64,000 nt of DNA from Takakia lepidozioides (Eukaryota > Plantae > Bryophyta), in contig CM060733.1 of NCBI GenBank assembly GCA_030704615.1, positions 47,182,001-47,246,000 on the forward strand, given 5' to 3'. Below the pieces are notes generated by a model that did no database searches, was not told where the DNA came from, and was given only the letters and a program-made list of their open reading frames with translations. A program made the position numbers and the translations under genes. Below are positions 25,876 through 39,480 of the stretch, in pieces (the stretch's first letter is position 1; each line of letters opens with the position of its first letter).

Positions 25876-28317
25876 GTATTCCTTTCCATCTCCAGTTTAG
25901 TGTTTCAGTGGTAGTTGTGGGTGTTTCTGTCATAGCTGCAGTCCGGTACAGAAAAGATTTAGGTTGAGTGAGAATGTAATTTATTTATGTGGTGGTGGCT
26001 TAGAGGGGGTCGTTAAACATGTGTATGGGTGAACAATCTCGGGACCTTCTCTAGGCTGGCAAGGCTATATTCAGACAGTCAAGGCATGCTTCAGCTAAAT
26101 GCCCTCTCTTTGATGTTCGCATTTCTTTTTCCGATTGTGTTGCTCTGTGGTGTACTGTCCTTTTGTTGAAGACCTAAGTAGACAATCCTTTGTCATGTAC
26201 AGGAAGGAGTCTTCACAGTGTACAGGCATACTTGAGTCACTTTGAACACATTGTTATTGCCTCTTGGTTTTGCACATGTGAGAGAGCTGTTGTTTATTGT
26301 TAGGACTAGGTTGCTTCCTTCAGAATTGCACAAGCGTCCAGACCTTACTTTCAAGATCTCATTCAACGGAAATCTTGCTAGAAACCTGCCTACTACACCC
26401 ACCTTCACCTCGGAATACCAACCAACAGTTCAAAGAGTTAAAAGTTTGCAATTTTTAATGAGGTCATACAACTTAAGCAAAAACCAGATTTCTGACAAGA
26501 TCAAACACACACAAGGGGACCCCTGAAGGACACACTAGGAGTCGTACAAAAAGTTTTTATTACGCAACAGACGAGAAGGCTTCTGAATCACCTCAATCAT
26601 CTAAATCCATTAATGAATCCGACAAATTATTATTACATGGACAAGGTACCTATTACTTATCTATGCTTATTGACTCTCTGCCTGGGGGGAGGGAGTCCAA
26701 CTGCTCGATACTTGTCACAAACTCCATCCCAATTCAGTTGAACCATATTATCCATTTTCATCAACTTCAAACTTTCAGGTTAAGCTTAACAGCCCAGTTT
26801 TTTGCATGTTTCCTGCTGGGCTCGATGCGCAAGATCATCTTTGAGAATATTTGACTGCGGTCACATCATTTGGGATCGCACAAGCTTCTGGGATTGCAAA
26901 AGCTTTCCCAAATGATGTAACAGCACTCAAATATTCTCAATGATGATCCGAGGTCCCAGAAGCTCAACATGAAGGCGGAGAGTCTCTAAAGAACTGCATT
27001 AGTAAATGTCGAATTCTCACTCGCAAGACGTTCAGTTGCATGGAAACACCTCTCGCCCGCCACATACCAATGGTGCAAAAGAGACCATGATTGTATGCCA
27101 GTAGGACCTCAATGCTTACTTACACCCAAAAAAAGCACCGCATGAGATATGAGGTGCAAGAAGGAAATGGTGAAATGTGTTCATCCTGGAGGCAACACAC
27201 CTACCTACGAGCTCTCAACTCAACCATGGAAGGAGTACAGTCCCTAACGAACGGCATTAGTGGATATCGATTTCTCACTCACAAATCGTGCCCGAAGTTC
27301 ATACAAATTAATCCCTAAAATCCTCTTGCTCGCCACATACTATTGATGCAAAAGAGGCCATGATTGCGTACCTGTAGGCCCTCAACGCTCACAAAAAGGC
27401 GAGCAAGTACAGGATGAGATCTGAGGTGGAAAAAGGCCCTCGTAAGAAGATTGTGAAACGTGCAGCTCTACAATCTCGGAGGCGGAATGCAGCAGCGCCA
27501 TGTCCACACAACGCCAAAACGCTTTCAGACATCCGACGTGGGACCCTCCTGCATCTAATATCTGCTTCCAGCGTGTGTGAGAGTGGAGCATCCCCGCAAG
27601 GCAACCTACCCCCTACCCACCCCCCTGCTGCCCCGCGAAGCAGAGCGAGAGTGACGATGCAATAACTATTGTTTTCTTTTTCTTTTAACTAATGTTGTTT
27701 GGGCACATCGCGGCCGTGCACTGGCCTCTGTGGGTTCGATTCCGGGCTGTATGTAATTGCTCTGTGCAAATCGATCACAATTTTGACGTTAAAGAAAAAA
27801 AGAAGAAAAGTAAAGACAGGAAGGAAAGAGACAAGCCTCGCACCGGGTGGAGTGGCGTGGCCGGTTGTAATGGAGGGCGGGCCCACGTTTTCCATGCGAA
27901 CTAGACGACGGGTGTGGGCAACGGAAAAGCCGGCCGGCCCCCGGGGCTGCAAGGCGTCAAGAACAGGGTTGCGGAAAGAGGGGGAGGGAGATGGAGGCTG
28001 TGCGAGGGTGGAGGAGAAGAAGGGGGGCAGGGCAGCACGATGCCTGCAGCTGCGGTTTGATTGTAGCTCTTCTTGGGATTGATCTTGTTGGTAGGATGCC
28101 GTGTCGCAAGCTGGGATGTGGTCGGGTGGCTTGACGTGTTGGTAATGGATGCATCTGGCAAAATTGCGTGGATCTGGAAGGTTGAGGTTTCTGGAAATTG
28201 AGACGGGAAAGGATTTGAAATTGGATTCCGGGACCCGGCATGAGGCCGGTGTGACTACGAGGAAACCAGATCGAGTGCTGTAAATGTGAAGGGAAGCGAG
28301 TGGGAAGCAGGTTCAGG

Positions 28318-31300
28318 ATGGAAATGGCCATGGCGGAGCCACCGCTGGCACAGACGGGGTCATCCGATCAGCAGCAGATAGCCAGTGCGAGCATTCTTCT
28401 AGAAATTGTGATGCTGGCCCTGGCCTTTGTGTTAGGCCATGTGCTGCGGCGACACAAAATATACTACATCAATGAAGCCAGCGCCTCCCTTCTGATTGGT
28501 ATTTCTCCCTCTCCCAATTGAAGTTCATGTGCCATTAACATTTGTGGTACCTCCGGCGTGTCAATTCTCTGCCTTGGCGAACCGGAGACCAGGAGTTGTC
28601 TCTGAAAACATTATGTAGATGCAAATAATGTTTTTGGTTGCATCTAATGAGTAACCAAAGGATGCACCGAGGTCACATTGAGGGAATCATGCGAAGCGAC
28701 AGTACGTACTTGAAATTGGGATACACCTCAGCTGAGTGACACTGAAGTGTCTCAGAAATCAATTTGCTTAAAGCTTCAACTTCGTCACGACACTACCCTT
28801 TTATCGATCGACTGTCGCTTGATGTGTCGGTAATCGCTCTGATCATATTGCGAGAGCAATAGATGGAGCAGTCGTTGATCAACTAAGACAGCTTGTGGTA
28901 GCGGCTTCTATGACAGTTGAAAGATCTTGTGGGCTGTTCATCAATGTAGCAATGGCATTGAAGAACTCGTAATAGATGCACAGTATATGCTCGGGCATTC
29001 AATCCCCCCAACCCGGCCATGGATCTCCTTTAAGTTTGTTTTGTGCATCTCATGGTATGCCAAGTATTCCAGATTTGGACCAAGAGAGTACCATTTTTCT
29101 GGGACTGTGACAGACTTTAAAGGACTACACCTACAACTCTTGGATCCTCTTTCATAGTGGGCCATTAATGATGATCACTCTCCAGACATCACGTGAGACC
29201 TAAATTGGTGAATTGATGGAATGTGTCTGCTTCTGTACCTGCAGGGCTTCTTGTTGGTGCGATTGCAAATATTTCAAACACTGAAACACGGTTCAGGTAT
29301 TGCCATTGGGCACTTCTTCTCCATGCAGTGTTTACTTGTAGCTCTACCTTTTCATTTCAAATATCATGAAGACAACAGACAAGATGGCTGCAAGATAGTA
29401 TTTGATGTGGCTTTTCATATGTGCACAAGCTCTGTCTCCTTCTCTAATTTAGGAGGGATGGTTTTGCAGGCAATGGTTCAACTTCCATGAGGAGTTTTTC
29501 TTTCTTTCTCTTCTCCACACCAATCATCTTATATCCTGATCACATTTGAGCAGCATTGGGTTGCGGCAATTTTGACTATTGTTCTTGTTCAATAGGTGGT
29601 TGTGTTTGATAGTTTTCAAGATCTACTTTTACACAATTTCCTCTTGAGTCCTTTTCAAGTGAGCAATGATTGTCTGATGCTCATTGGACTAACTTCTCTG
29701 TCAACAACATTTTCCCCCCTTCATTCCTGCTGTGTTGTGTCATGTGAATGTGGAACACGATATACTATGTTCCCTTGACATTCAATGCTTCACTGAATCC
29801 GGATTTAGTCTCCAACCGGTAAGCTTTTTTTCTATTAAGGACATGTAATATCTGTTGCGGTTGTCTTCCTTGCTACCAGACTGCTAAGAATGTTGTTTTC
29901 GATGCTAGTTGTTTTGCTGATAACATAATGAAAAAGTGTTTTCTCAGGCAGTCCGACCTACTTAGTTCTTTCTCCAACTTGTGACAAAGTCCTAAGATCT
30001 TGTGTCTTCCTTGTCAGAAACCTTTCTTTTCCAACTTCGGGGCAATCTGCACCTTCGCAATTTTGGGCACCTTCATCACCTCGATGGTCACAGGAATCCT
30101 AGTGTGCGTACCTACTCTTAATTGAAACGTTCTTGTTTGGACACTATATCTCTTTCATCAACTGGGGTCTTACCTGCAATATAGGGTCAGAACTTAACCT
30201 GATTTACTAGATCAGACCAGGGCGCTCCAGTCGCTGTCCAGCATTAGCAAGATTCTGCCGAGGATGATTTTGCAGTAGGAATCTCAATTGCCCGTTTTAG
30301 CAATATTTGGTAGGATCAATTCTTGACTTAGCTCAAGACCCCATTGACCTATGTTCTAGTGAATGTGTTTGTACTCAATTGACTTTTGTTCTTCTGACAT
30401 GGGATCTGGAATTGCAGGTATCTTGGTGGCTTGTTATTTCTTATGTACAGGTTGCCATTTCAAGAAAGCTTAATGTTTGGCTCGCTGATCTCTGCCACAG
30501 ATCCTGTGTCAGTACTTGCCATCTTCCAGGTACCTCCCTGGATCCCGCATTTGTGATTCTGCAACTGTCTGAGAGTGGCAAGAGTGATACGAGTGTAATT
30601 TGAATGAGCTGAGCTCAGAAAATTTAAATATTGAGAGGTTTCTTTTTTGTTTTACCAACTGTGGACAAATGCAGATCCAATGTATTGTGTTTGTAGTGGT
30701 TAATGCTGCGGGGTTTTCCATTCAACATAGTATCCTGTATCCGTGAGGTCAAGCTTACTTACGTACTGAAACGCTTGCAATGAGACATGCACAACTTATC
30801 ACTTAATTAAACCTGTACAATGTGCTTTCCCTGTTTCCCCACCCTTAAGGTGCCATTCACGTAAATGATTGAGATTAGCTACATTTTTCTTTTGGAGGAA
30901 AGCAGTTCTCAATCTTTTTGTTTCCCATTCTGTTTTACCCAGGAGCTTGGAACAGATACAAACCTGTATGCTCTGGTGTTTGGAGAGTCAGTCTTGAATG
31001 ATGCGGTAAAGATTTCGGCAACACTTCAATCCTCTTGTTTTACCTTGTCTCTGTTCCCCTATCACTCTTAATTCTCTCTCAAGGCGCCAAAGACAATATC
31101 CATTTTCGGATGCAATATCTGGGGTATTCTCATCAGAGAGCAACCCTCTTCAGGAACATCAAGAACATAGACCCTGCACCTCTGTTCACCTACTTTCAAA
31201 AATCTTGAGGCTGAGCCTAAAGCCCTGGCCCTGTTTGGGTCTAACTGTTGGGTAAACAGATCGATGCTTGTTTGAAGGGCTTTCTAGAGGAAATCTAGAC

Positions 31301-34300
31301 AGCCTCAACAAATTGTTTATATCACAGTAAAAGTCCCTCTACTGGGTTGAGCCCCTCACAAAGGTAGTGTCTTCTCCCTTTTGTTCCACCCAAAGTGGGC
31401 GCGGGGTCGATGGCCATAAGCCTCGGCAAACAATGTCTTATGAGTACATTATCTCTCACCCTCTGTTACTTGTATCTAGAAAGCATCTGATATTGAATGG
31501 AATATTTGTTAGAATTAAGTCAGTCAGCCTGATCTTTGCAAGGTGCCTCTTATTTAGCGATGGCATTGTCTCTGAATTCATCTCCAGGATACCTGGGGGT
31601 TATCTTGGATATGTAGATGAGATATTTCCTGACTTTTACCAACATATGGAAGAAGACCACGTTATTATGGCTAACAATGGCTGTGGGAATGGGTGGCTCT
31701 TCTTCAGGTGGCAATCTCTTTGTATAGGTGAGTATTGTCAAAATTCAATGTAGCTTAACTCGGTCTGTCTTTTGCCTGCATCACCAAGCAGGTGGTTGTC
31801 TGCAAAAAGGCTTGTACATGAGCTTGTGTGTAAATGTATGCCAGACACTTCTTCTTCACGGAGCTCTTGCACCAGCTATGGCTTTTGCTACAGTTGCCAA
31901 CACCGTTTAGCATTCTGTACTCCAAGTCAAGCTATTGAGTATTACTGAGTAGCAAAGTTGACGATTCACCTCAGTAGCTGTGTGCTGGACCTTCATCGCA
32001 GGCCCATTCAGCTGGCGCTGCATTCTGTCCCCTACCATTACTTTCCAAAATCCTCAGATTGTTGTTTGGTTATTTTGTACTTAAAAGTTGAAATCATTCA
32101 CTTACTGCAGGACCTTGATGTCGGTTCGACAGCATCCCTTGGCTGATCACAGCATCACAACTGCTGTATGGAGCTTCTTGGAAATTTTTGTGGGGTCACT
32201 CTCTTCAGGTTCTACTGCTAGCCTGACACATCCTAATTCTTCTGAGTGCTTTTCTAGACCAGAGTAACTTTTCTACAATCTTTATTTGTCCTTTGCCAGC
32301 AGTAGCTGTGTTTTTGTAGAATTTCAGTGGGTTTTCTAACTTGTACTTATTTTGTGTTTGTGCAGGAGTTGCTGTAGCACTAATTTGTGCACTGATATCC
32401 TTTCTGTTGATTTAGGGATTATGTCAAGATCCTCACAGAATTGTGCCTGGTAGCTGGGTTTGTCCATTTTAAACTTGGGTGAGAGGGAGAACTTTCAGAA
32501 TGTCTAAAACAACTAAGATAAAATGAGCACCTCATTTGTGAGACCCTACCTGAACCAAACTTTGGATTGTATTGGTAAGCATAAGTCTAAGGTGGCTTTT
32601 ACTATGACATTCCCCAAAGCTTGACATTGAAGATCTGCATTCAAGGAATTTACTTCCAGCATATCATTTAGGTCATCAGCGTGACAATTACAGGTCCCAT
32701 CTTGTAAAGTATTGGAATGCAGAGTAATGTTTTCTAGGTTCATCTGAAACCTCAGCTTGCAGAGCATCATGTTGCCAACAATGCAAAGGGAGTGAAGAGC
32801 ATTTGCTCTTCGTAGAGTACGCAGTGAAATAAGTTGCTATTGGGCATTTTGACGGTTCTTTGCATTTACTTCACTGTGCAGGTTGAGTTGTGGGGTTAGT
32901 ATAACATTGTAGATCATTAAACCCAAGGGATCCTTGACTCAGCACACCTCTTTAAGTATGCAGGACTGGCTGTTCACAAGTAAGTTCTTCCAATCCATCT
33001 GCACCATATCAACTCACATTACCAGCCGGAGTACACATCCTAGAAGTTAATTGAAATTCCACTATTGGAAGGTATGCATAGGTGAGTCAGGTTCTTGTGA
33101 CGAACTTCTCTGTAGATCATATATCTTGGGCTCAGTGACAGTAAGTGTGTTCTTGGTTGCAGTTTACAGAATCTGGAGTGCTGCCTCGTTGTTCTTTTTC
33201 CGTATTTCTCGTACGCATCCTGTGGCTGCCTCAATTTCCAATACCTCTTTTGCTGCTATATGTTACATGGTAGTAATGCCTTGCGTTTAACAAATTATAA
33301 TGGTTTCCTAAAGTTCCCTTCAAATTGGTAGGTGGTGTCTGTCCTTGATTCCTCTGGCTCATCAGTGTCAAGACATGCCACTGGCTTGGTTACTTCAACA
33401 ACATAGGGAGTTGTAGTAAGTCTTAAGTAGTGGTTACGTGAAGAAGGAATACAAGCTACACGATTTTCTTTTATAGCTGTACTTATCATTTGGCTCTTGG
33501 ACTGATCTTTTACCTGGTTGTTGCACAGGTACATGCTGGCAGAAGGACTAGGTCTATCAGGGATTGTTGCTATTCTTTTCTGTGGAATTGTAAGTGGCTG
33601 GTACTTAGCAGAGTCAATGTGGGAGAAAGTTGTTCAGCTCTTTCAACTTCAGGTTTCCCTATGAATTGGGGTCTGCTTTCATCGGTTTCTTCTGTGAGAT
33701 CCGTTTGTGGTTCTCCTTTCAGTTCCGGGGTGGTTTTTTGTTGTTGGCAGGGGAGGGTTGTGGGGCGGTTTCTATAACAAGATGGACCAGGGGTGCTCCA
33801 GAGATAAATAACCCCCAATCTCCTCCCTCCCTTTTCCCCTTCCTTTCCCTGGGTAGCTGCAGCACCCATGATGTCGCCTCTGGTAGTGGTGGGTGTTAAT
33901 TGTGCAAAAGATTTTGTTGTAGGTGATCCAACCTGTAGGGACAAATCTAACAGAGCTTAATCATTCTTTTGTTTTGTTTTACTTTGCAGCTAATGAAGCA
34001 TTATACGTTTCCAAATCTATCTGAAAGTGCTCAAGCATTTACTTCGGGTTTTTTCCAACTGATTTCGTCGTTGGCTGAAACTTTTGTGTACGTACATGCA
34101 TCTTTCTTCTGGACACTATAGACACTTAGTATTCAGCATTCAGGTATTAGGCATTTAGGGTCAATGTTGTGTGTCACAGCAAGTGCTCCAAGTTGGCTGG
34201 CATCCTCTGTTTTGCTGTTCTTGATATTAGTAGCTGCCAATATGGCTCTGGATCAACTTTCCGCAATGTCAGAAATACATTCTATCTCGACTGGAAGCAT

Positions 34301-37300
34301 GATTTGGAGTAGTGATGTTGTGGTGTGGATATTTTGCAGATTTCTTTACATGGGTATGGATATTGCAATCAAGCAGCACAGCTGGTCTCATGTTGGATTT
34401 ATCTTCTTCTCTATTGTATCCTCCTGAATGGATCTGTGGTGACTATGTAATGTACCCTGTACAAGAGGGTCTAGTTGTTACATCTCCTCATTCATGAACA
34501 AGAGGAGGTAAAACAGGTCAATGAGGTGTCATCTCTATCTTGACATCAACACAGCTAGTCTTCAGGCCTATAATTACTGGGCATGTAGGCACAATGAAGG
34601 GTATTTCTTACCAAATAGGTGACTGAGGTCCAGCGGTTCAATTTTGTTCAGGCCTGTCTCAAGTGTGCTGTTTAGACATTTTTCAAGAGGAGTGGCTTTG
34701 GAGTGTCTCTCCAGCACTAACAGTTCAGGACAGACTTGGGGTTGAAGTAGCTGATGGCTACACTGGCTCTGGGAAAGAAGGCAGGGCTCAAGGTGCACTA
34801 ATGTACTTTGAACTGTGAATTATCAATGAGAAGACATCCTTGACATGTGGATGATGTGCTCTTGAAAAGATATTCATTGTTATAGCAAGGTATGAGGCTC
34901 TATCCTACTCCTGAAGAATTTAAAGATTTGAAGAATTGAGATTGGAGGAGGATTGGAGTAGGAATTGATGTAGATTACTAGATTCTGAAGTAAGCCCCCT
35001 TGAGAGAAAGGTAGGTGTATATGTCTCTCAGTTAGGTGTTGTAGTTTCAGAACGGGAGGAGAGAGTAGATCAGCACTTCAACAGTTAATTAAGCCTTAAG
35101 AACATTTCATTTCGTCCACCAAGCATCTGAAGCATGAAACATTTACTGCTAGAAAGTTTCTTATGATCTTGCTTGAAGGACGGGTTGGAGATAATCAGGA
35201 TCGCCAGATCAGAGTATTAACACTTTCGTCTTTTCCTTCAAGCTCATGTCCTTTCCAATACAGGTTAAGGTTTACGATGCCTGTTAATGTCTGTCAGAGA
35301 CTAAGATTTGCATGGATGTGGGTATGTGTCTAAGGGCGGCAAATGTGTTCCCATGTGCCTACCTTGTCAACATGTTACGCCCTACATCTAGGCAAATACC
35401 AGTCAAGCATCAGAAAGCTCTTTGGTTTAGTGGTAAGCACATCCCATTGGCGCCGGAATTGCTAAACTAGACAGCAAATATATATTATTTCTCCCAATTA
35501 TATTGAGGTTTGCAGTTCCTGTTTAAGGATTAGTGAAATTGTGATATTTCAAAAACTTTGTTAAGAATTCTGTGATGTGTCAAAACAACAGTGAAAGTAG
35601 GCACATTCAATACTTCACTTCCATATTGATCCCGGTTTGTTACCTCAATTATTCATGTAGTAGTGTTTTATGGTCATGGGATAGGATCCTGAAGTGTTAT
35701 TGGCAGATACTCCCTTTTCATAGGTCTATGTGTTTTGCATCCTCTGTTTCAGGCAGGAATAATGCCATAGTAAAAGAATCAACAAAAGCTGGAAAGCTGT
35801 ACCAAGTTTGCAAGTCTCAACGTAGTCAATTGCTTTATATGTGTCGGTTCACTCAAAAGTTTTAATATGTGGAGTGCATTATCTAGGTCTGACAAGAGCT
35901 CAAACTAATAGTCTGTGATCTATAATGACTTCATTGCATCTGCATTGGGAAGACCAGCTCTGGATCTTCTCCTTTTAATGACGACAGTTCTTTTGTCCTG
36001 AACAGGCTTGCGAGGGGCAATGGCATTTGCCTTGGCGTTGCAGTCGGTGCACGATTTACCAGAGGGTGATGGGGAAACAATTTTCACTGCGACCACTGCA
36101 ATTGTTGTTCTGACGGTTAGACTTTGACTTCTTCAGATTTCGTATTTATTATCTACTTAGAGCAACTTCATTACTTCAATACAACATCTTTCTCTACTCC
36201 AAAGAAGACTCTCAGAACAAGCCGATGATGATCGTTGTTCCACATTTCACCAAAACCATGGATCTGTGTTTTCCCTCACCTGAGCCCATCTTTAGGACTG
36301 ACAGTGATTGACAGTCATTTTGCACCAAATCAGTGGAGACCCTAGAGAAAGACATTCAAAGAGAATGGAGAGAGTATGTGCACCAAAAATATCAACAGAC
36401 TGGAAAGTTTTTAGTTGTATTTTCCAAAACTGGATTTGTGCTCCGTTAAGTGGCAAACGTATGTAGTTTATCAAACGAATAGTGTTTGATGTGGGTACAA
36501 AGTTGGATGCACGTACCTCCACAGTGATCTAATTAGAGCTGTGATCTGGCTCTATGCTTATTGTTGGATGAATTAGTTCGTGCAGTATTTTAATAATGTG
36601 ACTGGATATTCATCGATTCAAATTGGACTGCAGGTAATTGCAATAGGTGGCTCCACGTCAACCATGCTGGAAAAGCTGGAGGTAGCAGGAGACACACATG
36701 GCAACATGAATGCGGATGTAGGTCATTCATTTTCAGCTTACATTTGTTCTTTTATCTTTGAGATGGGTACTCCAGACTAGTCTGCAGATAGGGCCTTTTG
36801 CAAAGCATTGCTGCTGAATCGAGTCTTGGGTTGAGTTTTGCGAATAGTTTCTTCAGTTCATAGTGTGAACTCTTGGAGAGGTTGGTGCTCTGTGGAGGCC
36901 AAAGCCAACTCTGTCTAGTGAATTCAAAATTACAGACCTAAGTGAGTGCCACTGCTGTTGCAGTGTACTTGACGATTGGATATAAGTTGGGAGGGCCATG
37001 TTGGTATGATATTTCTGTCTTTATCAGACAACAGACTCCTGGCAGGTGACAGCTAAAGTCTGGAGAGTCATTGCATATTTGAATGTGGAAAACATTCTTT
37101 GCATATAACCAAGATATCTTGTCATTCAATGGTCAGGTTTTAGCGGTTGCAATGTCTACCCTGTCACTTTGTTTGTGATGGCTGAATGTAATCTGAGGTG
37201 GTTCTTGTTTTCTTTGCAGAGCTCTGAGGATGAGATGGAATGCTTGACAGCTCCCTTTGCTGATGAGAATGGCAATCTGAGCCCTTCTGACAACCTGAAG

Positions 37301-38510
37301 ATGAAGCTTCAGGAGTTGCGGCGAAGGTGTGCAGCTTTATTTCTTCTTTTAGTGGAAGGGTTTTTTGACTGTACCTGTTTGTTTTAATATTCAGATATAC
37401 AAGTAGAGGGAAATGGTGTCATGTTCGGTCTCATGGTGATGTGTTGTGAGACGAGCCTGTCTTCACTCCCTGATGTTGGAAGGCAATGTGATGCATGTGT
37501 TTTGTTTCCCAATATGTGACCAAGCACATCCTCTGTTTGTACAAGCTGAATAGGTTGGAACTTCTTCACTTTATTCATTCTGTTATTTAATTTTCTGAAC
37601 AGACTCTTAGGTTGTCAAGAGACAGTCTTTGTTTTACGTTGGAATGCTTTCAAGTGAGTTGGATAACCTTTGGGGTGGACAGTACTTCATCCTTCACTGC
37701 GATTGACAAGAATTTCTTGAGACCGTTCTTTACCAAGGAAGATAGACGTCGAAATTCCAATGATGGTGATTTGCATGGTAAGCTAAACGCACTTTTGTGA
37801 AGGCTAGGAGAGCTTATCTTCTGCTCAGTCAGTGTGAAATTGTGTCCTTTCATGAACCCTCAGAGGGAACACAGTGGCGCACATTTGGGCTTCTGTAGTA
37901 ACCAATTGATCTACCTAATGACATGAAGATGACATTCTTAGCCCATAGGCTCATGTTAGCACAATGTAAGCAGCAACTCCCAGACCTAGTTTCACTGACA
38001 TATTGCCTTCACAGCACATTGTTTGACCTTACCTACGAGCCTATGCTAGGCACATGTAGCGCACAATGTTAGATCATCTCTGTACTACTTGATGGCATTG
38101 TGTCTGTTGACTCACTCTTTGCAAGTTGTGTTCGTGGCGTGTCTTGCGTTAATTCGGTGAAAGATGTAGAGTAGCCTGGATTGGTTTAAAGACGGCTTGT
38201 TTGGGCAGGAAAGGAAGCGGTAGACTCCGAGAGGGGCTCATCTCCAAGTAAACGAGGGCTGCCTGCACGACTACCAGCTGCACGACAGAGTAACGGCCTT
38301 CAGGCTCTAAAAGCTGCAACGGAGGATGGGTTGGTTGATGGGGCCAGGCCATGGCGGCAACCCTCTGCACATCTTGTACAAAATAGGACTAATGGTGGTG
38401 CATTGCAAGGCAGAGAGAACGATAGGCCCATCAGACAAAACTCTGTACCCAGCAGTCTGCAGCAGGATAACAAACAGCAGTCTTCTGGTTCACTTGCATG
38501 GACTGACTGA
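28318..38510 (+). CDS. NHX6: Endosomal Na+/H+ exchanger, NHX5/6 class, about 22 exons (one apparent +1 frameshift in exon 3)
   Basis: Spliced exons: [130 protein letters not shown]. The last exon (38209-38510) is less certain, and NHX5 versus NHX6 cannot be distinguished. Confidence 0.93.
29531..29793 (+). other. U12-type AT-AC intron in NHX
   Basis: 5' ATATCCTG, branch site TCCCTTGAC (29771-29779), 3' CAC. Removal joins PPIIF|ESGFSLQP. Confidence 0.9.
32395..32947 (+). other. U12-type AT-AC intron in NHX
   Basis: 5' ATATCCTT, branch site TCCTTGAC (32931-32938), 3' CAC. Removal joins ICAL|LFKYAGL. Confidence 0.92.
34416..34869 (+). other. U12-type GT-AG intron in NHX
   Basis: 5' GTATCCTC, branch site TCCTTGAC (34837-34844), no polypyrimidine tract, 3' AAG. 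Removal joins FFSI|IFIVIAR. Confidence 0.8.
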
Positions 38511-39147
38511 AGGCGTAGGCGACATTCTGCTACACAGGTAGATTTCTTTAGAGAGCTTATCATTTAAGCTTATAAGTGGCTACTTTTTACTATTTCATTA
38601 TACTGGGACGGGCAATCTTAAATCTCGATAAGGGAAGTTTCTGGCCTAGTTTGTCAACATTGATACGTCAATCTAGGAATATCGCATAGACATTTGAGCG
38701 GTATCATGGTAAATATGAACGGGAAAGGCAGCATTGAGGTAGTATTTGGGCATATGAAGAATATGATGGTGTACAGAGTGACATGTCATTGAAATTGAAT
38801 GAAGTCCGATCGCTCAGGAGTTGGTCTCCAGCCAAAAGTGCAATCCATACGCCCAAAAAGATAAACTTTGTAAAAAGATAAACTTTGTGCACACAAAGCT
38901 CATGCACATAACACTGACACTAAATAGTACTGCCAACTGCAGCCAAAATTCATCACGATTAGAATCCTCCTCTCTACTAGGGGTATACCCAGGTGTTGCA
39001 TATAGAGTGATTTTGGCAAATTTGTCCAAAATATTACAGGATTCTACTGAGTGCTAAGTCTATATACACTTAATCAGTATCCAAAATAAAGAGGCATGTA
39101 TGTAAACAAAAGTTTTGGTATCATAATGGATCATTAGCTGTGGCAAG

Positions 39148-39480
39148 TTATTTTTTTTATTTTTTTTATTTTTTTTATTTTGTTTTATAAAAGGGAGTTG
39201 AGCCCTTTTAATCAAATTAAAGACTGATGAAAAAATAACCTCGTGAAGGGCCATAAGACCGAACAATGGGGGGAACCTCCGAGAGCACCACAATGGGAGC
39301 AAAAATACCAGTCCTGGGTCATGAAAGGAACAGTTGCTGAGAACCAGACATACTTACTAAAAAACTGCCAGGGCATAAATCTAAGAGAAATCTGCCATAA
39401 ATGCGTCCAGGCACAATGCGATCCTGCAACTCTAACAACCACATCTAACAACCACATGGTAGAACCACAATAGAAGAAGG
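39148..39480 (-). mobile_element. Possible 3' end of a non-LTR retroposon
   Basis: (AATAAAAAA)n-like tail on the minus strand at 39148-39185 and a T-rich 3'-UTR-like body, as at the end of the LINE. No coding motif. Confidence 0.3.

Noticed and set aside
26600-27620. Possible F-box/LRR relic on the minus strand with an ~85-bp internal duplication (~27050 and ~27325)
   Set aside because: Similarity is only impressionistic (CVDMALLHSASEIVEL), with many stops.
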